Shown: positions 11,801-24,746 of the stretch, piece after piece
How positions within the stretch are numbered: the first letter of the stretch is position 1
Layout: each line of letters opens with the position of its first letter
DNA from: Balanoglossus misakiensis
Taxonomy: Eukaryota > Animalia > Hemichordata
Length of the DNA stretch: 64,000 nt
Assembly: GCA_040954595.2 (NCBI GenBank)
Contig: CM082578.2
Coordinates: forward strand, 12,214,520 to 12,278,519
Reading direction: 5' to 3'
The notes under the pieces: generated by a model
What the model saw: only the letters and a program-made list of their open reading frames with translations
Database searches by the model: none
What the model was told of the DNA's origin: nothing
Position numbers and translations under genes: made by a program

Positions 11801-13897
11801 AAATTGTACGCTCCATTGCCCAAAAGAGAATTCTCCATATAATTGGACCCTTGTAATTTTTCGATGTGAATGGACCGCCGATCGCCGATTTCAAAAGGGC
11901 AGAGAGCTTTTTAATCGTCGATATTATTCTTAATCGATTCCCCTAAGATGGATTAAATGTTCTCGCGGGGACGGTAAATATTAAATCGCGCCGTCACCCG
12001 ATACTGGTAAACACGACCACAAAGCGACCAATTGTGAAAAGAGGGTGGGTTTTTACTTTGGTCGAAATGAAAAACAAATAACATATAGAGCTAGCCAACA
12101 AACGCCAACGCACCAGAACCCCGATCACGTTGCGCCATAGGCTTACAATTATCAGATGCGAATCTATAGCCCCTCTGCTGAAGGTCACCAGAGATGTAAG
12201 ATGGTACAGACCAATCCGTATATTCAAATATTCACGGGATACATTTTTTCACCAATTTATTTGATTAGATTCCCATAGACTACGGGGCATTGAACGGCGC
12301 ACATTTTTCACCAAGTAAGCAAAGTAAAAACATAAATGGATCGGAAGGCGAACTGACATTAAAGGGCGAATATGCTGTAAAACGCCCCCAGACGGACGCG
12401 AGCTTACCTTACTCCTCGGCGTATCAGTTGACAACCTAGACGCACTTTCGGATCGATGGGACCCGTTGCTCTGGTTTTGCCGTCCAACACACAAGTCAAA
12501 ATCGAGCTCATGGACTGCAGCTAATCATGGTATTTGCTACATTCTAAACTTTGGTTTCATCCGCTACTGACCGCAAGCGTCGTGCACTGAGCAGCGTGAC
12601 CACGCTTTACGAAAATGCCCGGATGACGAGACGGAAATTTACAAGTCCGTGAAGTACAGGTGGCTTAAACGAATCAGAGGCGAGATTTCTTATACGCTTC
12701 GAGATTATGCAACACGATTGCTCAGACGCGTCTCAAGTCATGACCTACATCGAAGGTGATCGAACGTTTCCACATACCAATCGTGTTGTGAAATATTGGA
12801 GTAGGGGATAACCATTATCATCGTCATCAAATTGTATTTTTTTTCACAAATCAATGCAGGGAAATATTGCACGGGTAACTAATTTACGCTACGAGGACTG
12901 TGGTAGAAGATGTTTCACAAATTTAACAATTTTCGCCATTTACACTGACAATCAAGCGTTACTGGCAGAATAAAAGATTTTCAAATATTTTGGGGGCCCT
13001 CATTAAAAATTACTTAGACAAACACCCGTGTCGCTTGTAGGGAGCCCTCTTGCGTTGCATGTGTAGCTGTTTGATTGACCTATCCACCTTATTTGAACCG
13101 TTGGAGGGCGCTTTCTGTTATGCGATGGACTCAGACACACACCACGAAACCGTAGAAACACGGATGCAATTGCTGCCGCACTCCACTGCATTCCGTGTCA
13201 TTAAATTGATGACTACTATAGACATCATTAGACCCTAAATTAATTTCAATAATCCTGTATAAATTTGGGCATCGTAAATATTGTCTTTAGAGAATCCGTC
13301 CACGTTACCAATCAGAAAAGAACGACGTCCTATTAATTATTAAAACTGGGTACTTGATATAAAGAGTTAATAATCGAAGGGGCACTGAGAAGGTTTTATA
13401 CGTACATACCTACCACTGTCTTGACCCCCCTCTCTCGCCTTAATATTAATTAGGAAATTTGTTACTAAACGCTCTCAACTTGTTTTAGAAAATGAAACCG
13501 TAAATGCACGACAACGCATATCTGTTGAGGTAGAATCATTTTTTTATTATTATTCACTCTGACAGTGTCTAAACTATACAGATAATAAATCACGTCTGTT
13601 TACTATGATAGCAAGATGAGTACGAGTGTCCTGTGTTGGCCAAAGTTTTCTGCATTCAGATGAACAGCAGTCTCTGTGATAGAGGGAGCCTGTGGGGGGG
13701 GGGGGACAACTACGACACCAAAATATTTTCTTTTCATTACTTTCGAAAGATATCACGTGATGTTACAAATCCTCATAGTACCGTTTTGTCAGGACAAAGG
13801 GGCTGCATAACCAATGATCAGTTACATGTACTAAATCTCGTGCATTGCGAAAAGCATGAAGTGTCCAGTCTATGGTGGGCCAACTTCTCCGGGACGG

Positions 13898-14909
13898 TTA
13901 TTCCTTCAGCAGAGTAACCCGGATGTGCGAGAAGACCCGGCCGCACGAGTCGTAGCACGGGTCGTAGAAGGTGCGTATGCACGTCGTGAAGACCTTGTTG
14001 ACGGCCCACAGCTGTATGCTGAAACTGCGGAGGCAGGGAACGACGTACCAGATGTGCGTGAAGAAGAGGCAGGCGAACCAGGCGCCCCAGCAGAAGGCGG
14101 CGGGAACGGCGCAGACGGCGGACAGGACGCGGTAGCACCACAGTTTCGTCACCCTGAAGGTTTTGTAGGAACACAGCCAAACAGAATCAAAACTGTGAGT
14201 TCCTTCCGGCTCTGCAAACACATCTTCGAAGGTTATCTGTATTAGAGACATGTGTATTAAAGTATTAGATGATGACAGAATTTTAAAAAGTCCTTTCAGA
14301 CACTACGACATGAAGAGATGTACAGTGAAATTTCTCACTACGTATCTCAGTTACAATTCACTCAACGTCTTGCTTTAGAACAGTTCCTCAACCAAATGTG
14401 CGATTTTACTAATAAAGTTATGAATTCTTTACGCCGTTGTGAACATTTTCCCTTCAGAAGTGTTACGGGAACACCTCTAACATATCGTTCCAGTGTCCTA
14501 TGATAAATTCTACATCAGGAGCACAATAGCATAGTTGAATGTCGATAATCCCCAATGTTCATCACATGTATAAGTGGCGAAACCAAATGCATGTATACAA
14601 TGTACATATACAGTACACACATTATTATATGTTATGGTGGAGAATTAACTTACTATTTCTGCAGACCTAGCCACGTCATGTATATTGGACTGTTCACGAA
14701 TGACTTACCTTCAGATGATCGTTCATACGCGTTGGATCACGGTCGACCAGGTCCAGGAATAATGCATCGGGAGCTTTGGAAGAATGTGTCGACGAACTCC
14801 TCTTCACAGATTTGTCTTTTTTGAAATCGTCCAAAGAGCTGTCATCCCCGTCCTGCAACCATACGTCATTCGGGTCTTTTGCCCGCGATTGTTCGTCTTC
14901 TTTTGACAT
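13898..14909 (-). CDS. CAV: Caveolin paralog A, 179 aa; exons 14909-14709 and 14236-13898
   Basis: DLVDRDPTRMNDHLK|ITFEDVFAEPEGTHSFDSVW matches the caveolin signature (DRDP...FEDVIAEPEGTHSFD); hydrophobic hairpin; C-terminal DP..GRVFSHIRV strand; canonical phase-0 intron. Confidence 0.95.
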
Positions 14910-16386
14910 TTTGAGTCAGGATAAATGACAATTGTCACCGCGGGAATGGAACGGGCCTGCTGACAAAATATCGGCTAAATTCGTCTCCTCCGGACCATCT
15001 CCGAGAGATGTTGACACAGAGATTGTTGGCCGCAGCATTGACGAGGGGAGGGGAGGGGAAGGGAGAAGGGTAGTTATGTGTAGTTCGCTCGGGAGATTAG
15101 TGAGAACGACACGGGGAGGAGCGCACATAAGCTGGAATATGTAGTCTCACATTTTGCCGTGAATAGCCTGGACACAGACGAGTTCGCCACTTACAGTTTC
15201 TCACTGTCAAACTTTGTAAATCCGTGGATGCGTGTTTCGACGTTCCTCTGCCGATTTGGGAATAATAGTCTCGTCCACCGAGATAAGTATTAGTTCTGCC
15301 AGCAGATTCGATATAGCCAGATTGGATACCATGCATCTTATAAGTGGCTTTATAAACAGAAGTATCTCCTCGATGGCGTTCCATGTAATCAGTAACACCG
15401 TGTATGATATCATTTCTGCAGGCAGATTAAGTAGGCGAAGGCAACCAATTGAATTAGCAGTATTTACGCGATAAGCTTATGTTTCTCCCAAATGTCTCCT
15501 TTACAGTCATCATATCAAAATTTGTTCAAAATCAAAGTATTTTCCGTTTTGCGAGTTAGCTTGCTGCCAGTAAAATTCAATTTGAAATTGAGTTCCCAAC
15601 CACAAGAAATGTTAATATTTACTTTTGGTGCGGCAATCGTTCTGGTTGCTTTTTGTTTGGCTTGGTTTTAATTTAGTTATGTCATTCTGGTTTCATATAC
15701 ATGTATATAAGCTTACTTAATCTATTATATAATCGCCATGAGACATCTCGGACTGAACATCTCGACACGAAGGTCGATGTTTAATAGAGATTGCTGTAGA
15801 CGTAACACAGGTGGTGCACAGTTAGACTGGAAGAACCGTCGCCCGAGGGCGCTGTTTGCTGCGTACACATGGTACATGTGCCATGGGGGTGGGGGTGGGG
15901 GGGGGGGGCAAGGTACCAAGTGTACACCGTCAGAAATGTGCCAAGGAGCATACGCTAGTTTGCATAACAAAGAAACACTATCGATTGATAAAGTTAACAT
16001 TATTTGCACAACTGCTGTTAACTTTAATGTATTATTGATTACAATGTAATTCAAGTATATGCTGGAAAGTGTTTTGCGGGTGCGAACAAAACACGCCTTC
16101 GTCTATAGAAATTCTTATAAATTTATTACCTTTATTTACACTTCACAGCCACAAGAAATTCATGATTTAAGAGAATATGAAAAACGTCTCAAAATGGGAC
16201 GAATTCTGAAGGTACAGCGAGAATAAATGTAGAATATAAATGTATTTACATTAGGTAATAGATTATAATGACCTCGTGTAAAAAGCAAAAAAGGCAAAAT
16301 TGTCGATTTGATGTTTTTGATATATATTGGACCACAGGACACCAGTTTTTGTCGAGTTGAGTGCAATCTTCCGTTTTCTTCCCCGC

Positions 16387-18028
16387 TCAACCGTCGCTCT
16401 TCGATATTCTTATATTTGCGAGGCAGCGGCCGAAGGACTCGCAGCACGGGTCGCAGCAGGTGCGGACAAAAGTGCCGTACAACAATTTGCAGGCGCCGAA
16501 CTCCATGAGGTAGAGTTTGATGCATGGGGTGACGCACCAGATCATGTCGAAGGAGGCAACGGCGAAGCAGCAACCCCAGTAGATACTGGCCGGCACGGCG
16601 CACAGCACCGTCAACACCTTGTAGCAGCACGATTTGCAGTTGTTGAAGACTTTGTACGAACATCTCCACACACCATCCATGCTGTGTGTGCCCTCGGGCT
16701 CACCGATGGTGTCTTCCCACAGAGCCTGCAATAGATCACATTTGATTGATTGATTGGTTGATTGATTGATTGGTTGGTTGATTGGCCTACCTGCTTTACA
16801 AGAAAGCAGTGATCGATTTAATGCGATTCAACACACAGCATCCGGCGTAGCTTTCAGTTTTGATTTACGTTTACGTTAGATTTGTTTTACACTTAAAAAA
16901 CCCAGGGTGCAGCGGTTTAAGTTGAGCGCAACTTGAATTTATAAATGAAATCATCTTTCCAAAATGTAATTTGGGAGTTTGTCTTTAAAAATTAAAATGG
17001 TGTCGCTTGTATTAATTCAGTATTGACATAACGGGCCGTTAGCAACGAAGCCACTTTTATTTGTTGACGCGTTCCATTACGTAAGTGCAATTCGAAATAA
17101 AGCACGCAACAAGTAAGTTGTACTTTCACAATGGTAAAACTTCCCGTTACGTCAGAGCAATTCGAAATAAATTATTTTTAACTACTGGTAATCAATTGTA
17201 CTTTCGCAATTGTGAACTCGCCATGCACTACAAGCTGTTTGAATGCAGAAGGCTCCTCTGGAGAACGCGAACCGTCAGTAAGAAAACATGAGAATGCTGT
17301 CAATTCTGTTCATAATTTCAGAGCCATAGTGATCCAAGAGATAGTAGAAAACTACGAATGGCCCACGGCCACCAGATATACTTCACGTCTCTCCAAACAC
17401 ACGAATGTCATCAGTGGTATTCTTTCGCGCACGGTTCTGCATATTCAGCCGTCACCCATGGCCACAAGCACCTGTAGGCATACCCAAACACACCCCACAC
17501 CCAAGTTCCACAGAAAGCGCCGTTGCTTCTGCAGAGACGGTCCCGATGGTTGCTATTTACTGACTTCAGTCAATATTTTTCCGTGTTTGCGCTATCACTT
17601 TTCTAGGTGGCATCTTTCCAAATATTCCAAAGGACAGTATTAGCAGCCACCCCACCCCCCAAAGTAACGTCAAGAATGTATAGGCCTACTAACGTCACCT
17701 GAGGATTTATTCCAAAAGTCAAAAAATGTTACTGGCTGCTGGACCTACAACACTGTCGGCTGTAACCAGTAATGTACAACGATGAGCGTCAAGCACTAGA
17801 TTATCAATAGAAAAGGTGCTAAAATAATTGAGGTGATGGCATGTTTATAGTACATCTCCGCGGTCGATGTGATTTCTCGGAATTTTCCTTCAAAGTGGGA
17901 GAAAGACTCACACCCTAAAATTCTCGTAGAAAGAGAGAGAGAGAGAGAGAAGGACTCACCTTGACGTGCTCGTTCAGGCTGTTAGGGTCGCGGTTTTCCA
18001 TATCCAAACTTTCTGGATCCATGGCCAT
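16387..18028 (-). CDS. CAV: Caveolin paralog B, 135 aa; exons 18028-17960 and 16725-16387
   Basis: MAMDPESLDMENRDPNSLNEHVK|ALWEDTIGEPEGTHSMDGVW...CCDPCCESFGRCLANIRI; GT-AG intron at the same position as in paralog A. Confidence 0.92.
16743..16785. repeat. (TGAT/TGGT)n tetranucleotide microsatellite near the caveolin B acceptor
   Basis: tgattgattgattggttgattgattgattggttggttgattgg. Confidence 0.85.
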
Positions 18029-18127
18029 GATGACTGAGGAAGTTAGATGACGGTGTCAAAGTACTTCAAAATACAGCGGTGTTCTGCTGTGGATTTACCG
18101 TAAACCCGCTGGTGGTTGTAGTGTAGA

Positions 18128-18244
18128 GAAATGACCACTTTCACCGCTTCCGCCGGTTTTATGTCGTGACCTGTTTGTTTCTCGCTGGTAACCAGGAGTA
18201 CATGTAAATGATGCGCTTGTATTGATGCTTGTAACCATGGTCAC
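18128..18244 (-). promoter_or_regulatory. Caveolin B proximal promoter block, homologous to 21348-21466 upstream of caveolin C
   Basis: The minus strand reads CATAAAA ~30 nt upstream of an Inr-like TCATTT, preceded by AAACAAACA and X-box-like GGTAAC sites; the block aligns with the caveolin C upstream region. Confidence 0.55.
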
Positions 18245-20338
18245 TGACACACCTGTGAGAGGGGCCCTTCTTTGATTTGTCGCTTGACTTTCACGGACCT
18301 GACCTGGTGATGTTGAGTGAAGGGGGATCCTGGGAAATGAAAGTTATTAGCATAAGGGCGTCTTCCGTTGTCGTATCGCGGGAGAGGGGGGGGGGGCTGG
18401 GGGGGGGGGGACTGACAAGGCAATATTAACAGATCTCAACTTTCATCCGCAAATGGGCGATATTTTATAATCTTAAATTTTCCGCCTTAATTCAACAAGA
18501 TTGAAAAAGCAGTCTGGCTATGTGACAACGACGAATAATATCCTATTTGACATTGCGTGCACTTGACTCGCCTGTAGCACGGTGGCAGAGTGGAGGGACC
18601 GTGGCTGAGGAGAATGCCAACCAGCCCGCAATCTTCCGACCCACCCCTTGTAATAATTGGAAGCTCCCTAACCGAGTAAAACGCTGTGTTTATTTTCAAT
18701 CAGAACGAGTCGCAAGGAAACCAGTTCAATGACAAAGGCTATGTTTTCATATTGGCTGGTTACTTGAATGTCTTCGCTTCAGAGGTAAGACGTAAGACGA
18801 TAACATCGTGGAAACAGTTACAAACCTGTGGCCTGAGTGTATCCGAAATCTCCGGTTAGCTTTCCGCATGACCCATCTGTTATTATCTACACTGAAAAAT
18901 CCTCCCAAAGTTAATAGCCGTATGCCATCTTTAATGTCTGTTCAACACATGGACAAATATGGGTTGACCACAAACAACGGCAAAAACACATCAACGCAAA
19001 TCAAACCAATCGCAAACTTGCGAACATACGCATAAATGCTCATCCTTGAGTGAATCTCCAGCTATTTCGAAACTCCTTGAGTACACCTGACATGTTGCGA
19101 AGTTGATGGCGTTTCAAAGGGACAAAGTCCCATTATTTGGTAATGGTTTCTTTTGATCGGCAATTTATGTTGTTTAGCCATGAACAATGGAAGTACTTCT
19201 ATACTGCCTATTGTTTAGCTCACTGATTTATGCGCAATGACCGTTTTTCACCATTCAACTGACTCGCGCAATCTGCATGGCTATAACGCACGAATATACT
19301 CCGGTTTTATTTAATTGTTTTGGTCGATACCAAAAATTGATTTGTTGTATAATAGTCGGATGTTTTGCCATATATACGGGGTGCGAAGTAACAACATAAT
19401 TAAACTAAAATTACTTTTAAAGCAACTTTCTCAGATAAACGTGACATTCAGATATAGCACACTCAGCAAAAAAGACATAACACTGTCGCTTTGAGAATGT
19501 CAGAATTACGACCACGTACCTAGGGTTGTCACTTTGTAAACGCTGGTCTTAGTAACCACCTTCCTCCATGGTTACCACTACAAAATCAACACAGTACAAT
19601 AGAAGGCTTGGCAAACCTAGGTTGAAACTAATGTCAATACTAATGTCAATACCAGATTCATCGTGCAAGCTATTACGCGATTTCCGTCTTCATGAATCGT
19701 CCGCTCGCACGGGTCATTGGCCCGACCATAATCTCGCTGCTTTATTTTAGAGAGCAAGACCTTGGCGGTTCGGGCGAAGATAGTCTTCATGTTCCTTTTC
19801 GTCGTATCATCACAAAGATGCTAGCATTAGATCTGACAATATAAACGAACTCATTGTTGATAGGGGACCCGGCTATAGCGCCGTCCAGACCATGGCAAAT
19901 TTGATACAGACTGTTCTCTATTGGCTGTAGTTGCATTCTTTAAAAATGGGTATCATGTCGAGAAGTTATTGAACCCGATGTATATAAAACTGCGGAATGA
20001 AGTAATTAGGTCAAGAAATAGATTTGATCACAAATCATGACTGAGTTTCTGACGAGATGTGGTAAATCAATATTTGTGTATGGGCACTCAGACAATACAT
20101 TAAAGGGACAAATTTACTTACTTTTGGCATTGTGTTGTAAATGGAGTTAAATGCTATGGCGATAACATTATGTTTACGGAGAATATGTTATTTCAAATCC
20201 AAATTAAACATCAACTCGACTACAGTTACTGTGATTTGTAATTCTCTTTAATAAAAAGATATTTATAGCAAAAGAGACTTGTTATTTACAAAAGTAAACG
20301 TTTCTAAAGATCATGGTTGAGGAACAGTGTCGTCGTCG

Positions 20339-20448
<110 letters not shown>

Positions 20449-20566
20449 TTAAAGGGTACATTTGTATTATCAGTGAGTCTGCATTCTAAAGATGGGAAGA
20501 TTCCTTGGACTGTGAAGGTGCCCGCCAATCTCGTTTTTCTACGTGCTGGGCTCCGTTCTTCTAGCG

Positions 20567-21260
20567 CTAAGCTTTGTTCTGGGTGATTCTGATATCGGCG
20601 CAGCACCGACCAACGGACTCGCAGCACGGGTCGCAACAGGTCCGGACCAGAGTGCCGTAGAACAGTTTACAGGCGCCGAACTCCATGAGGTAGAGTTTGA
20701 TGCATGGGGTGACGCACCAGATCATGTCGAAGGAGGCAACGGCGAAGCAGCAACCCCAGTAGATACTGGCCGGCACGGCGCACAGCACCGTCAACACCTT
20801 GTAGCAGCACGATTTGCAGTTGTTGAAGACTTTGTACGAACATCTCCACACACCATCCATGCTGTGTGTGCCCTCGGGCTCACCGATGGTGTCTTCCCAC
20901 AGAGCCTGGAAAATGAAGATAGCATCAAATTTGAAATTATGTCGTCTCATAACGGAAAAAAGTATTCTGTGCATGATGTTTTTAAAAATTCGATACAACC
21001 TATCTCGCGGAGTTTCATTGACGAAGAATTTCAATGGGCTATTGGGTTAGGTTTGAAACCCTTGCTCTGAAAACCGGTAGATAGCGCCAACTCCATTTAT
21101 CCGCTACAACCAGAGAATAATTAGTTAGGAACTGCATTTTCACCTAAAACCCACCCCAACCTCAAAGAATTATTATTAAGACAAAACTCACCCTGACGTG
21201 CTCGTTCAGGTTGTTGGGGTCGCGGTGTTCCATGTCCAAACTTTCGGGGTCCATGGCCAT
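20567..21260 (-). CDS. CAV: Caveolin paralog C, 135 aa; exons 21260-21192 and 20905-20567
   Basis: MAMDPESLDMEHRDPNNLNEHVR|ALWEDTIGEPEGTHSMDGVW...; near-identical to paralog B. Confidence 0.92.
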
Positions 21261-22525
21261 AGTGATGCGGTTTTCCCTGAGGTCTTTCGAAAGTCACCGA
21301 AAGCTGGTGGCAATATTTGAAACTACGCAAAGCGCGAGGCCTGGTGTGAAATGTCCACTTTCACTGCCGCCGGTGGTTTTTACCAGCCACCTGTTTGTTG
21401 CTTAGATGGTAACCAGGGATACATGCAAATACGCACGCTGCTGTTGGTGACTACTACCAGGGTAACGGTAATCCGTAAGACCGGTAGCAGGTACTGATGT
21501 TGACTTTGAGTACTCGACTTTGCACGGCCTGGTTGCTTGGATCTTGCCAGTGATAGCTGGGACTTCACACCGCAATTTACGCTTGGTTCGTAATACTCGT
21601 GTGTTAACACATTTGTGTGAATTCAAATCATACTTTCGGACACTGGTATACGTTACATGTATATTATCGCAACGCGTGACAACTTTAGACCAATATAAGT
21701 TATCTGGGTGTAGACAAAGGGCCAATTATCACAACTGCTGTTTTCGTGGTTTTTATTTCATATTGCACACATTTTCAATCATTATCGGGTGCATCTATCA
21801 GGCAGTGCGTTATCGTTTGTATCGTTCGATGCCATTATGATAGTTTTGGGAAAACTTGGAGAAATGCATGTAGGCCTATCGCTGACAGTTTTTTTCTGGG
21901 TGTACTTGCCAACGATAACAAAGAAAGTGGCTTTATTTAGCATTGCAGTTGTGCAATAACCTGGGTGATTAGTAATAAGCATATAACTGTCGCTAACAAT
22001 TGCTAATTCCAAAACAAATAATTACCTAGACGATTGGAACTACTTCGTGACAATGAGATCATGAAAATAGCCTGAAAATTCACTTTTCTACTTAATCATG
22101 TTTGTCACATTAAAAACAAAAAACCCTGCACTGTTGATATTTTTGTTCACTGAAAAGGAGCAAATTGCTAACATGCTAAAAACAATTCATTGAATTCAGT
22201 TGAAATATTCGACATTTCCGGATATCTTATAATCACAAATTAATTCCAGTTGTGTTTACCATGTACTTTCTTTTTCATCTTTCCCGGACACTGCCTCTGG
22301 CTAATAGATCCTAATGTCTTTCGCGTTCAAAGTCATCCGGGAGGAATAGTACTTGAAAAAATGGATTTTTGAAATTGCACTGTCATTGCATTGCTTTGAA
22401 GAATAGAAAGTTGACTAGAAATAAATATTATGCAGGGAAGTGGGTTCAACTTGTAAATCGCAGTGGTCAAACTGGTTGAGGAGGTCGTCACTCGACCAGT
22501 TCAAGAGTTGCCGCATCTTTGGTTG

Positions 22526-24574
22526 CTATTCGCTACGGTTAGTGACCCGGATGTCGCTGAACATCCTGCCGCACGCCTCGTAGCACGGGTCGCAGCACAT
22601 GCGCACGGTGACGCCGTAGATCATCTTGCAGGCTCCGATGTTCATGACGTAGGCCTTGAGGCAGGGCGTCACCGCGTAGATGTGGGTGAAGCTGATGCAG
22701 GCGAACTGGCAGCCCCAGCAGAAGGCGGCGGGCACGGCGCACAGGAAACTCATCACTTTGAAGCAGACGTTCTTGGAGCACATGAACGCCTTGAAGACGC
22801 ACCGCCAAACCCCGTCGGCGCTGTGAACTCCCGCGGGCTCTGCCAGCACATCCTCGAAGACCACCTGTAGGAACAAGTATCACATAAAACTGAAATAAAA
22901 CTAAATTTTACAGTAATATTTGGCTTTATATACCCGAGCGAAATTAATATGATTCACCTACCTATCTATCGCCAATGACGGCATCTTTGGGGAATGGAAG
23001 TCAGCGGTTGCAGCAATTGTTTTTAGCCACACAATCAGGGAAAACCCGACAGTAACACATCTATTAAACCAATACTAACCAACCAACCCCAAAAGCTTCC
23101 GAATACCACGGTACAAACAGGAGACCACAGTACTTTACCTTTTCATCAGAAAGCAAAGGTGTAGGTGATTTCTTGTATTTTATTACGCGTATAATCATAT
23201 GACAGTACTGTCTATGGTGCAATGTCATGCTTTTCCACTAACCATGGACGTATGATACATAGATACATGAAGCCTCCCAAAACTACTGCCCATTATACCC
23301 GTACACCTTTCTATGGATGTACCCCGGGGTTAGATCTGCCCCGATGGAGGGCCGGCTTTGTTTTGGATATACAACAATAACATTGACACACGCAGGTATG
23401 CTGCCTGGGTTACAGGTAGTCTGTAATCACACACCTGAGCTTGACTACACGCCAATGAAATCAAAGGAACGCGCAAATTTGCCAACGGCCAATAGCGCAT
23501 TCAAAATAATTATGTAATGCTGTTTGTAGAATCTCTGAAGAGTCGGACGGTACTATGGTTTCTGTTGGCCTTGGGCTTACACGACATTGCTGTGTACTTT
23601 CTAACGTGGGCGACCTGTCGTTGCTTTTCTGTTGTCATGACGAAGCGCTGTTGACGTAATAATGCCAATGCAAATCTGGCAAGATTCCGATTGGCTTATG
23701 CTTCATGGTGCAAGAATGCTGATCCAATAAACGAAGAGGGTGGAAAATGGGAGTGTCAGTAATCTATGCGATAATTCGGTACGATAGATCGAATCTATGC
23801 GATAATAGCAGAGGCATTTAACAGCCAAAGTTGTGAGATTGGGGACGCTTGAATTTCTACAAAATCATGCATGTATGGAGACAACCAACAAAACTGTCTT
23901 AACAAAACATTAACAACAATTTGTAAATTTCACCAGCCAGTTCAGAGCTACCATGCATTGTGGCTCTGCCATTCACTTTCGATTTCAATCCGATAATACG
24001 AAACCGCCTTCTTTTCCAATTGCTATACTGCAACAAGTCGAATAGGAGTACTCTGAGGTACATTATTGCAAAGCCAGACCTTTGCAAGAACCACAGCCTA
24101 TAATTAAGACGCCGTGCCGATGGAGGGGTGGGGGGGGGGGGGGGCAGAAATAGTTGAGCATCGTTGATTGTCGCTTGGCACATTCTATACCGTCTACGGT
24201 AGAAACATTTCGAAGGATATATGAAATTTTAGAAAGCCACGCCCAATTTTGAAGATACGTTGTATAAATTCTTTCGAATGACATACTTCGCCTCAAAAAT
24301 GAGACTTTGGGCTTCAACCGTACAATATCCGATTTGCGATTTAGAGAAAACTAACCAATAACATTCAGATACTCAGCTTAATAAAAAATATATACAATAT
24401 GTCCCACGTTGTTATAATCGTCCAGGTAACAAGCAGCTTTACCCCAATTTTACTTACTCGAACGTGTTCGTTTAAATTTCCCGGATCTCGCATTTCCATG
24501 TCCAGACCTAAGGCATCGGGCACTTCACTGCTGATGACATCTTCGACTTTGGGGTTTTCGCTTGTCGTAGACAT
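22526..24574 (-). CDS. CAV: Caveolin paralog D, 151 aa; exons 24574-24458 and 22864-22526
   Basis: LDMEMRDPGNLNEHVR|VVFEDVLAEPAGVHSADGVW...CCDPCYEACGRMFSDIRV; same intron position. Confidence 0.93.
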
Positions 24575-24663
24575 TTTCTCTGAGAAAAATCAGTGGTCTT
24601 CAATTCAGAAAACGATCAGAACAACAGCTGTAACACCGCGCGATGAAACCCAACTATCCGAGG

Positions 24664-24746
24664 AATGACATAAAGAGCAACAACTTTGTGGCTTTATATA
24701 TCACAATTCCAAACGTATTCGACGCGGATGACGGTTACTTGGTAAC
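24664..24746 (-). promoter_or_regulatory. Caveolin D core promoter: TATA box, Inr and X-box-like site
   Basis: Minus-strand TATATAAA at 24700-24693, TCATT at 24668-24664, and GTTACTTGGTAAC at 24734-24746. Confidence 0.55.

Noticed and set aside
8893-13238. Short ORFs of 60-120 aa in the gene-free CpG-rich stretch
   Set aside because: No recognisable domains, codon bias or consistent splice chain; no transposase or reverse transcriptase motifs seen.
21045-21115. tRNA-like A/B-box fragments here and near 790-832, 43170-43200 and 47660-47720
   Set aside because: No cloverleaf can be folded; at most decayed SINE heads, which I cannot support without a repeat library.
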